Source of the DNA: Azolla caroliniana
Taxonomy: Eukaryota > Plantae > Polypodiophyta
DNA length: 64,000 nucleotides
Direction of reading: 5' to 3'
Assembly: GCA_043228905.1 (NCBI GenBank)
Contig: JBHGNT010000012.1
Location: 15,872,001-15,936,000, forward strand
How positions within the stretch are numbered: position 1 is the stretch's first letter; each line of letters opens with the position of its first letter. Made by a program: the position numbers and the translations under genes. The notes beneath the pieces were generated by a model, which was not told where the DNA came from, did no database searches, and saw only the letters and a list, made by a program, of their open reading frames with translations. Below are positions 1-9,599 of the stretch, piece after piece.

Positions 1-600
1 GCTTCGAGCATTGTCTCAAGAGCTGCGTACGCCTTCGCAAACCTTGCCCCGAAGCCGAGCCTTCATAAGGCCATTCGCTCCGTCCTCGTCTTCGAGCTCA
101 ATCCTGATGGCCTCCTATTCCGCTTGGTCGATCGACTTAACGAACAACAGGACTTTGGCTGCCCCCACCAAACCTTGTTCCCGCTCCGGGAGCTGAGCAA
201 GCCGTCACTCAAACTCTCGGAACGCCTTCATTGCGCCTTGGTAGGTCTTCGCCGATGCCACCCACTGGTCGAAACCGCGTCGTCCCCGACTCTTCCGTCG
301 TCCTCCATATGCCTGCAGGAGTGCCTCTTCGAAGGCATCCCACGAACTATGAGCTTCTTAGAGCTCCTTCACTTCCGCGTGCATATGGATGACGACAACC
401 CGACAGAAGAACTCCAGCCTCAATGCCTCGTCTACGTCTCACTCCTCCATTTCCGCGTTGTAGGCTTCCAAGTAGAATGGGACCTTGTCCCTGTTGAAAT
501 GATCGACTCTTTCGACCACTCGCTCAACAACTTATTGCGCCGTCTCTCTTCTTGTTGTTGCTCGTCCAAACTCCCTCATCACTTCGACAAAAAGTTTCGC
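1..600 (-). pseudogene. gag: degraded gag
   Basis: The minus strand reads ...VDEALRLEFFCRVV..., homologous to ORF 10708..11283 (VDEAMRLEYFCRVVAKPIYEEMKEL), with in-frame stops. Confidence 0.7.
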
Positions 601-640
601 GAAGTCGTCTTCTTCCAACTCCATTCTCCCTTGCCACCCT

Positions 641-658
641 TTCATGTTGGGTTCACCA
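641..658 (-). promoter_or_regulatory. primer-binding site, tRNA-Trp
   Basis: Plus strand TTCATGTTGGGTTCACCA is close to the plant tRNA-Trp 3' end TTCACGTCGGGTTCACCA. It lies 4 nt from the LTR. Confidence 0.75.
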
Positions 659-662
659 AATA

Positions 663-1288
663 TGTCGTGTTATTACGCGTGTTCGTGTAGAAAGGGGCGG
701 GACGACGGGGGTCTCGGACGAGGGAAAAAGGGATGCCAAGAAAACCGACTCCAAACATGACTGAACACGACCGAACACGAGAGAGAGAGAGAGCGTGCGC
801 ACGACACCAACTCTTATGCACAGGGAATGGAGGGCTATGCTCCCAACACCACTGGATACACCAACATGCACAAACAGATACAAGCGTATATATTACAAAG
901 GAAACGATACAGCCCCGGCTTCGAGCCGGGGTACGCTCAGAAGAAAAGACGTTAACCCTAACAGAGCTTTGCCGCCATGGCTACTGCGCTCAACTTCTCA
1001 AGAAGGAGAAGAAGAAGAAGACCACAAGACAGTTACTAACCCTAGAAATTCTTAACAAAACAACCCTCTACAAAATGGTATACCCCTACGACTCAAAATG
1101 GGCAACCCCTTCACAAGAGACCCCTCCCTTCCTTTTATAGCCCAAGGAGGGAGAGACGTTACAATGTGGGATAAATTCTCCACCTTATTCTATACACAAT
1201 TTTACTACTATACATGTGCACATGTTGCACATTGCCGACTTGCCCATTCCACCCTGGTTTCACGCAATAGCCCGAAATCTTCACGACA
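663..1288 (-). repeat. 5' LTR of Gypsy #1
   Basis: Inverted termini TGTCGTG...CACGACA, adjacent to the PBS. Confidence 0.75.
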
Positions 1289-2887
1289 ACGTATGTTTCG
1301 TTGACTCCGGTGCCTCGAACCATATGATGTCTCATCAAGAATGGTTTCGAGAACTTCGAGAGCCGGAACGACCTGGCTATGTCGAAACTGGAGACGACAG
1401 TACGCATCCGATTCAACACATCGGCAATGTTCCGTTCGGAGAAGAAGGTAAGCAAACTTACATTAATTTCTTTTTGCATGTACCAACTATCACAAAGAAT
1501 TTGGTCTCCATCGGCCAAATTGTAGAGGAAGGAATGCAAGTTCGATTTAATCAAGGCGGTTGCTTCATCGAAAAAGAGGGCCAACACATCGTGTGTGGAT
1601 GAAGAGAGGGCCGAATGTTCATTCTCCACTCGCACGAGATGAAATCGGCTATGTTCGCAAAAAGCACGAAACCCGAGTCCAACAAAGAGTTATGGCACAA
1701 GCGGATTGGCCATATCAACCTTCAAAAGCTCAAGGCGATGCAATCGAAAAGAGTCGTCATCGGATTCCCGACCTTCAAAGAGAGAGAGATTGAAGGCGTA
1801 TGTGCGGCTTGCCAATTCGGCACACAACATCGGCATCCATTTCTGAAGGAGAGGAATGTAAGCAAAGGCGTACTCGACGTAATTCACTCCGATGTATGGG
1901 GACCGACTCAAATGGCGACATTCGGCGGATGCCGATACTACGTGACCTTTATCGTTGAATTCTCTAGGCACACTTGGATCTACCCGATGCGGCAAAACAA
2001 CGAAGTGTTCGAACACTTCCAAAAATTCAAGAGTGGAGTCGAAAAAGCTACAAGTCGACACGTACAATGCCTTCGATCGGATGGAGCCAAGGAATATTTG
2101 TGGGATGAGTTTATGGCATATCTACGGAAAGAAGGAATTTGGCGAGAGTTTTCGTATCAACATACGCCACAACAAAACGGCGTGACCGAACGAAAGAATC
2201 GACACATCCTCAAAATAGCACGGGCCATGATGAACGAAAAGCACGTGCCGAAGTCGTACTTTGCAAAAGCAGCTAACACGGCCGTATACCTCATGAATCG
2301 GTGTACGACATAGGGTGTGCACGAACTTATTCCGCATGAGAAGTTTTTTGGAAAGAAGCCGGACCTATTGCATGTTCAGATATTCGGCTCCATTGCGTAC
2401 GTGCACATCCCCGACGAGAAGTGACAAAAGCTTGACCTGAAGTCGGAGAAATGTATCCTCGTAGGATACTCACTAGAGAAAAAGGGGTACAAGTGCTATA
2501 ACCCCTCAACTCGAAAATCTCGAGTAAGTCGAGACGCCATTTTCGATGAGTCCGCATCTTGGTACGCACAAGAGACAACTTCGACTTTGATTTTGCTCGA
2601 CCTGGATTCCGTTGAAATAGAGATAGAAGCCGAACATCAGCTCATGCGCATGTTCGAAGAAAGCCCAATTATGACAAGGCATAGTGGGCCACAAGAGCCC
2701 CCGAGCGATCAAAGCACATCTCGGCAGAGTTTGAAGCTAGACAAAGGGAAGGCGAAAATGCCAGAGTATGAAGACGATCATTTCGATAGCATCGAATCAA
2801 CTCACTCCCTCGATAGTGAGTTTGAAGGCCTGACATTCGGACAAATGGAGTGAAGAAAGCCTTAGAATCCACAAATGAGAAGCTCTG
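1289..2887 (+). pseudogene. pol: Copia A protease-integrase, broken
   Basis: ORFs 1216..1602, 1615..2313 and 2587..2853 are consecutive pol pieces separated by stops. Confidence 0.9.
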
Positions 2888-2892
2888 CTAAA

Positions 2893-3639
2893 TGTGAAAG
2901 TGTTTTTTGAATTCAAACCATTGAACACTAGATGGATATAAAGTATGGATAATTCACATTTGGAGGATAAGAACACGAACTAAGAGCTTAGGGAAGAAGT
3001 CAAAAGTAAAAGTACGAGACCAAGAGAAAAGTAAAAAGAGAAAACGCAGACTATAAAAAATAGTAAAAATAGAATGGTCATAACTCCCTCGTTGTTTATC
3101 CAAATATCACGTTTAAATATGGATTAGAAAGCTTGTAAAAAGAGCTTTCTATAGCTTTTTAAATCGCTTAATTTGGATATCGGATGAGGGAGATATGACG
3201 ATTAGAAGGTCGATGTGTCATAGCTAAAAATAGGGAGATAAAAAGCTTCTAAAAATAGCATGAACGTGGATAAGAAGAGGAAGGTTATAAAAGAAGAAGT
3301 GATATTAGTGAGGAGGGGGGAAGAGTGAAGGCCAAAGAGTGGATGAGGAGTGTTAGGAAGAAGGGTCTTTGTGGAAGAGGAAGTGTCTTAGAAGAGGAAG
3401 GTCTTTGGTTTTAGTTCAATGTGGAGTTTGTCTCCTTTGTATTCTCTTGATGTTGGAATATCAGAATATTCTTATTTCTTGCTCGCTTTCTCTATCTTTT
3501 TTCTTAGTTTCTTGAGTTATACTCTCTAATCATAATTACCTAGAGCTATATAATATATTATGATTTTCAACTCCATCTAATCGGTTTGATCAAGCCCTCA
3601 TATAGTGTATAACTATCTATTATCTTATACACCCTATCA
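2893..3639 (+). repeat. 5' LTR
   Basis: TGTGAAAG...CCCTATCA, direct repeat of 6084-6830. Confidence 0.93.
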
Positions 3640-3642
3640 TTT

Positions 3643-3659
3643 TGGCGCTCCAGGGAGGG
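3643..3659 (+). promoter_or_regulatory. primer-binding site, probably tRNA-Asn
   Basis: TGGCGCTCCAGGGAGGG sits 3 nt after the LTR and resembles the complement of plant tRNA-Asn 3' ends (...CCCTCC...AGCGCCA). Confidence 0.6.
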
Positions 3660-3726
3660 CCGATCCTTTCCGTATAGGAAGAGAAGTTATCATTTAATTG
3701 TGTTACTATATTACATTAACTTAGCT

Positions 3727-5826
3727 ATGCAATTTGCATTTTCGGGTGAAAGAACACAAGATGCTGGTGCCTTTTTGGCATGCTTTGAGCATCATGCCAT
3801 ATCTATTGGACGCATCACCGACAACGAAAAGTTGCCCTTGTTGGTAGCTACATTCTATGGTCGTGCTCAAGATTGGTATGACTCTCTTCCGCAAAATGAA
3901 CAAGGAGAATATCAATTATTGGTGCATCAATTTCGTACAAGATATATTCAATGGAAAAGTGCAACTGAGGTAAGGGAGGAGCTTTTTCAACTAAAGATGG
4001 AATCACCTTTTGGTTTTTTAGAGTATGAACGAAATTTCCAAGAATTGTGGACGACGTGGATTCGTCTTCGTGGTGGCACCGAAGACGAGTGGTTTAAGAT
4101 AGAACAATTTAAGGTGGGCCTTGATATGCATTTCCGTTTGGAGGCAAGCTTGAAGGATCCAACGACTTTTCAAGCTCTTCTCCAAGTTTGTCAAGATTAT
4201 GATCGACAAGTGAAGATGATGAGTTCCATGGGGGATCCCCAAATGACGGCTTTGGGTGCAAATTTGATGCCTCGTGCCAACTTTCAAGCCTTATCTTCAA
4301 TTGTGCATGGTGGACAAGTGTTTCCAAATGTGTATACCACCACAACAATAAACCCAACAAGTATATCTCAAGAAGTGGAACAAGTGAAGAGTGAACAAGA
4401 TACAATGGCGTTGGTGAATCGGCGCTTTGATGAAGTGATGGCCCACTTGCAACAATCCCAAGCAATTCGCAACACTATTCCCGATGGTGGTGGCTCTAGA
4501 GGGCATCAAGGTGTAATTTGTTATTCTTGTCAAGAGGAGGGACACTCAACAAGATGTCCTCATCGACAACAAAGAGGTATGGAAAGAGACATGTATGAAG
4601 TGCAACGGAATGGACAACGACCTATCAACAATGGAGTCGAAGGAGGCGAATCCATAACACTTCCAATGACTCAGGTTCCTACAATTCCTCATAATGTGAA
4701 TCTTCTTAATTTTATTGATGATAGTGATAGTGCTTGTGAAGTAGCTCTTGTGAAAAGGACAAGAGCCTCGCAAAAGGAGAAAGAAGTTGAAGGAGAATCT
4801 AGTGACTCAAGACAAAAGAAGAAGTCTAAGGAGAATGAGAAAGAGGACAAATTGAGAAGGAGACACTCTAGAAGGAAGATAAAGATGGAGGATATTCCTA
4901 TGGGAGAAGGTGTAGAATCTTTCAATCGGAAGCATGAATTGATATCGAGTGGACCAAGGATAACATGGCCGCAACTTCTCCAATTATCATCCACATTACA
5001 AAATGAGTGGGGGAGGCTTGTGAGTATTTGCCAAAGTCAAAAGACCGTGCATTATGTGGGAATCGTGCGAGTAGAAGATCGAAAGGACATACGACCCACC
5101 ATCCCCGTCTCCATCAAAGGGTTTCACATCAAAGATGCGTTGGTTGATAGTGGTGCTAGGGTAAGCTTGATTTCTGAATTTGTAGTAAACAAAGTAGGAA
5201 TTCCTATTAGTAGGTCATCTTCAACAAGGGTGGTTGTAGTAGATAGTGGAGTGGTGCATTGCACAAGCATAGTGGAGGATGTGTTCATCAAGTGTTTTGG
5301 AATAAGAGGAGAAGCTTGCAACAAATACCACATCAACTTGAAGGAAAGTGTATCAATTTCCCCAAAGCTTCGGCAATTGAGTGTTGAACAAAAGGAAGAA
5401 TTTATGCAAGAGTTCAACGCATGGTTACAAGAAAGTTCCAATTATAAGATGGAAGATTTGAGGTGTGTGTCACCTATAGTTTTGGTTCCGAAGAAGAATG
5501 AGATCAATTTCAAACCCTTGAATGATTCGACCAAACGAGATGAATTTTCACTTCCTTCTCGAGATGAGATTGTCGATAAAATGGTTGTTTATACAAAACA
5601 AGGTAGTGTGGACAATATGTTGTGCCAAAAAGGATTTCATGTGGATGATTCAAAGATTAACATAATTACAAAGATGACAATTCCGACAAGTCTTGAAGCT
5701 TTGAAAGTATTTGTGCAAAAGGTGCGCTCGCTCGAAAGATTCATTTATATGTTGACATGCTTACTGCTATCAAGAGTGATGTATCCCATGGCCCTACTAG
5801 TCTTTGGAGAGTTAACGAAGACATAA
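3727..5826 (+). CDS. Gag-protease polyprotein with vestigial RT segments
   Basis: Uninterrupted ~700 aa from ATG 3727. It has a retrotransposon gag region, Zn knuckle CYSCQEEGHSTRC, protease LVDSGA and RT-like SPIVLVPKK/FKPLN, but no YxDD, RNase H or integrase. Confidence 0.85.
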   Translation: MQFAFSGERTQDAGAFLACFEHHAISIGRITDNEKLPLLVATFYGRAQDWYDSLPQNEQGEYQLLVHQFRTRYIQWKSATEVREELFQLKMESPFGFLEYERNFQELWTTWIRLRGGTEDEWFKIEQFKVGLDMHFRLEASLKDPTTFQALLQVCQDYDRQVKMMSSMGDPQMTALGANLMPRANFQALSSIVHGGQVFPNVYTTTTINPTSISQEVEQVKSEQDTMALVNRRFDEVMAHLQQSQAIRNTIPDGGGSRGHQGVICYSCQEEGHSTRCPHRQQRGMERDMYEVQRNGQRPINNGVEGGESITLPMTQVPTIPHNVNLLNFIDDSDSACEVALVKRTRASQKEKEVEGESSDSRQKKKSKENEKEDKLRRRHSRRKIKMEDIPMGEGVESFNRKHELISSGPRITWPQLLQLSSTLQNEWGRLVSICQSQKTVHYVGIVRVEDRKDIRPTIPVSIKGFHIKDALVDSGARVSLISEFVVNKVGIPISRSSSTRVVVVDSGVVHCTSIVEDVFIKCFGIRGEACNKYHINLKESVSISPKLRQLSVEQKEEFMQEFNAWLQESSNYKMEDLRCVSPIVLVPKKNEINFKPLNDSTKRDEFSLPSRDEIVDKMVVYTKQGSVDNMLCQKGFHVDDSKINIITKMTIPTSLEALKVFVQKVRSLERFIYMLTCLLLSRVMYPMALLVFGELTKT

Positions 5827-6083
5827 TGATTGTGGTAACCTCTTTCTTTGTGTTGACAAGGAGAAAGATGATGATGGAATTGTCAATGTGTGTGTGGGTG
5901 TGTTTAGGAGTGTGAGGTTTTTCCTACCGACTAGCGGGGGTTTTACTCACATAGTTTGTTTCTTTTTCTTCTCTCCTTCTTTGTCTATAGCCTACCATAA
6001 GGCGAAGGAGTTTTTTTTATTCTTTTTATCTTCGGCTCACCATAAATGGTTCGCTCAACAAGCAAGGGGGGGGGGGAGCTAAA

Positions 6084-6830
6084 TGTGAAAGTGTTTTTTG
6101 AATTCAAACCATTGAACACTAGATGGATATAAAGTATGGATAATTCACATTTGGAGGATAAGAACACGAACTAAGAGCTTAGGGAAGAAGTCAAAAGTAA
6201 AAGTACGAGACCAAGAGAAAAGTAAAAAGAGAAAACGCAGACTATAAAAAACAGTAAAAATAGAATGGTCATAACTCCCTCGTTGTTTATCCAAATATCA
6301 CGTTTAAATATGGATTAGAAAGCTTGTAAAAAGAGCTTTCTATAGCTTTTTAAATCGCTTAATTTGGATATCGGATGAGGGAGATATGACGATTAGAAGG
6401 TCGATGTGTCATAGCTAAAAATAGGGAGATAAAAAGCTTCTAAAAATAGCATGAACGTGGATAAGAAGAGGAAGGTTATAAAAGAAGAAGTGATATTAGT
6501 GAGGAGGGGGGAAGAGTGAAGGCCAAAGAGTGGATGAGGAGTGTTAGGAAGAAGGGTCTTTGTGGAAGAGGAAGTGTCTTAGAAGAGGAAGGTCTTTGGT
6601 TTTAGTTCAATGTGGAGTTTGTCTCCTTTGTATTCTCTTGATGTTGGAATATCAGAATATTCTTATTTCTTGCTCGCTTTCTCTATCTTTTTTCTTAGTT
6701 TCTTGAGTTATACTCTCTAATCATAATTACCTAGAGCTATATAATATATTATGATTTTCAACTCCATCTAATCGGTTTGATCAAGCCCTCATATAGTGTA
6801 TAACTATCTATTATCTTATACACCCTATCA
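6084..6830 (+). repeat. 3' LTR
   Basis: Direct repeat of 2893-3639, preceded by a purine tract. Confidence 0.93.
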
Positions 6831-8560
6831 CTAATCCACCCATAAAAAGAACCCCGTAACCCGATTTAGCTACGATGAGTTCATGGTGTACCATTACGCA
6901 TTTATGATGAAGGTGGCAATAGTACGGGAGCCGGAAACCTTTTCTGAAGCCGCGAAGGATCCGCGAAGGATTGAAGAAATGAACAAGGGGATGCGTGCAC
7001 TACGCAAGAACGAGACATGGGATCTCGTTCCCCACTCACCAGACAAGAAGGCAATTGCTTGCAGAGGGATCTACAAGGTGAAGTATAATGCCGATAGCTC
7101 CGTCAACTACTACAAATCTCAACTCGTAGCGAAAGATACACACAAACACATGGAGGCGACTATGAAGATACCTTTACCCCGGTGGTAAAGATGATGACGG
7201 TGCGGACCGTGATCGCACTTGCAGCGCCAAAAGGGTGGCACCTCCACCAAATGGATGTCAAGAACGCCTTTCTTGAATGTGAATTAGAAGAGGAGGTGTA
7301 CATGGTACAACCACCCAGCTTCAAATCGAGTACTCATCCGAAAGCCGTGTGCCGACTTAAGAAGCCACTCGACGGCCTCAAGCAAGCACTGCGTGCTTGG
7401 CATTCGAAGATTACACAATATCTTCATCAAAGTCGGCTTTCAAATGTTGAAATTCGACAACTCCCTCTATGTACGACACGACTAAATGCTCAACTCCAAT
7501 AACCAGATCATCCTCTACGTGGATGATCTGGTTATTGGAGTTGAGCATTTAGTCGACATCAACAAGGTGAAGTCCCTCCTCTCCAACAAATTCGAGATGA
7601 CGGACACTACGTGGATGATCTGGTTATTGGAGTTGAGCATTTAGTCGACATCAACAAGGTGAAGTCCCTCCTCTCCAACAAATTCGAGATGACGGACATG
7701 AAGGAGCTTCATTACTTCCCAGGCATCGAGGTAATTCGGACTCTGGCGGGCATTATGACCTCCCAACGGCACTACATCCTCAACTTATTATACAAGTTCG
7801 TGATGAATCAGTTTAATCCGTGGCAACCCCTCTCGATCGAAACCTCAAATTGGATGCCGACTTCGGCATGGAAGAGTGTGAGCCGACCCAATATCATCAA
7901 CTGATCAGGAGCCTCATCTATATCACGATCACTTGACCCGACCTTAGCTATCTAGACGGACTCCTTAGCCAATTCATGAAAACTCCGTGAGATATCCATT
8001 TCAATTGCGCTAGGAGAGTATTATGGTACGTGAGCGGCACAATGGATTATGGTGTTCTCTATGCATCAGCCACACCAATACGACTCAAAGGGCACAGAGA
8101 CGCGGACTGGGCAGGCTACAAAGCTGATCGACGATTGACCTACGGATTTGTCTTCTCGCTCGGTAGCGAAGCAATATCTTGGAGTAGTAAGAAGCAGCCT
8201 ATTGTCGCACTTTCAAGTACGGAGGCCGAATATAGGGGCGTAGCCATAGCTGCATGTGAAGCCGTATGGCTCAAGAGGATTTTGAAGGATCTGGGCGTTC
8301 CCATCAAGGATCCGACTCCCATTTTCTGTGACAACATGAGCAATATATATCTGGCTCAGAACCCAGTGTTCCACGCATGCACAAAGCATATCTAAGTGCA
8401 CTATCACTTCATTCAAGCGCATGTTTAAGCCGGAAATGTCGATCTTCTACACATCAACACGAATCTTCAGATAGTCGACATCTTCACCAAGGCCCTAGGA
8501 GCCGACAAGCTTTGGCAATTCATGTCAGACCTTGGATTGACGATCCCTGACTTGCCAAGA
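6831..8560 (+). pseudogene. pol: Copia A RT-RNase H, broken
   Basis: ORF pieces with [14 protein letters not shown] and ALSSTEAEY motifs, with frameshifts and stops. Confidence 0.9.
7515..7698 (+). repeat. perfect 92-bp tandem duplication in RT
   Basis: CTACGTGGATGATCTGG...GATGACGGACA occurs at 7515 and 7607. Confidence 0.9.
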
Positions 8561-8571
8561 TTGAGGGGGAG

Positions 8572-8942
8572 TGCAACATGTGAACACACCTTTTGAGAAT
8601 ATATGATTACTCAAAGGTCAAGAGTCACACGACTACTCTCTACACATTAACTATGTGTCATAGAATAATATTCTATGACACATAACTAATGAGTTACATA
8701 TTCCCCATGACTACGAGTCTTCACATTCCTATGAGAGAGAGTGGTTGTTGTAGTTAGTTAATGAAGAGAGAGGGTGACTATATATAAAGCACCCTCCTCA
8801 CACTTCATACTAAATCGGTTGAGACTTCTTGTAATGCTACAATTTTGTATCTCCATTCTACTTGTGAAATATACATCTTCTTATTCTTGAGTAATTTTAT
8901 TTCTCTTGATTATCTATCTTGTGTTCTCTTTTCTCCTCTATT

Positions 8943-8973
<31 letters not shown>

Positions 8974-9031
8974 TACACACATAACATACATATCTATTCT
9001 GCTGCACAAGAATCACCATCGATTCTTTACA
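8572..9031 (+). repeat. 3' LTR of Copia A
   Basis: TG after the PPT, ends GATTCTTTACA. Homologous (reverse complement) to the Copia B LTRs. Contains TATATAAA and (CT)n(CA)n. Confidence 0.85.
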
Positions 9032-9289
9032 GTTTCCTTTGGAATACTATAACAGGAAAATATAGAAAATATAAAGCACTTGGTAATAGCTTTAGTGGTA
9101 AGCTCATTGCTTCCTATCTTGGAGGTGCAAGGTTCAAATCTTACTTGCATCTTTTTATATGCACTCAATGCCATTAGGCCCTAGGATGATTTATTATTGA
9201 TTTATTTTCATTTTTACAAGTATTTGTGTAATGTGCATGTATCCTCAAATTTTCACTTTTTCTCGCATTAAACACGCCACATCACGACA
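9032..9289 (-). repeat. 3' LTR remnant of Gypsy #2
   Basis: Homologous to 11912-12097 plus 23417-23463, diverged and with indels. Confidence 0.75.
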
Positions 9290-9599
9290 TCTACCCCCAC
9301 CAAAACTGCACATCCTTTGGCATATTCCAAGAAGGAAAAGAGTGATATGGTGGGGCCAAAGGTTGTCAACCTTTCATTTGCGCCTTTCTTGTGCCTTGCC
9401 CGCACTGTCTTTGTTCCTCCATTTTGAGGGCTTCCATTCCTTCTAGCCGAACCATTGTCACCATCCGATCCACCATATCGTTAGCTCGCACTTCACAATG
9501 CTATGACTGGTTGTCATGGCCCCCTTCGCCCCTCATGAGCATAACCTTTCACAATTTGCATATGTGCCAGCTTCATCCCATCTGTCTCCTTGGTCAAGA

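Larger units (their letters stand above)
1..1288 (-). mobile_element. Gypsy-type LTR element #1 (tRNA-Trp primed), 5' part only; inserted in Copia A
   Basis: LTR 663-1288, PBS at 641-658 and a gag remnant running off the left edge. The Copia protease region (.VDSGASNHM) resumes right after 1288. Confidence 0.8.
2893..6830 (+). mobile_element. young non-autonomous Gypsy LTR element (3.9 kb)
   Basis: Two ~747-bp LTRs with one visible difference, PBS, G-run PPT at ~6065-6078, and flanks CTAAA/CTAAT. Confidence 0.93.
1289..9031 (+). mobile_element. Ty1/Copia element A (5' part outside window), decayed; interrupted by Gypsy 2893-6830
   Basis: Domain order PR (VDSGASNH), GAG-pre-integrase, IN (HSDVWGP, RSDG, E), RT (YVDD), RNase H (DADWAG), then PPT TTGAGGGGGAG and 3' LTR. 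Confidence 0.92.

Noticed and set aside
124-1140. plus-strand ORFs 124..690 and 733..1140 as host genes
   Set aside because: They are the antisense of gag and LTR sequence, with no recognisable domain.
663-1163. LTR ending at GTTACA (1163)
   Set aside because: The inverted terminus CACGACA at 1288 and the resumption of Copia sequence there fit better.
3700-3726. ORF start at 3700 given by the track
   Set aside because: That codon is GTG. The first ATG is at 3727.
9080-9150. functional tRNA gene (also 11964-12035, 13255-13322, 18497-18564)
   Set aside because: There is no complete acceptor stem or canonical anticodon arm, so it is kept only as a tRNA-like module.
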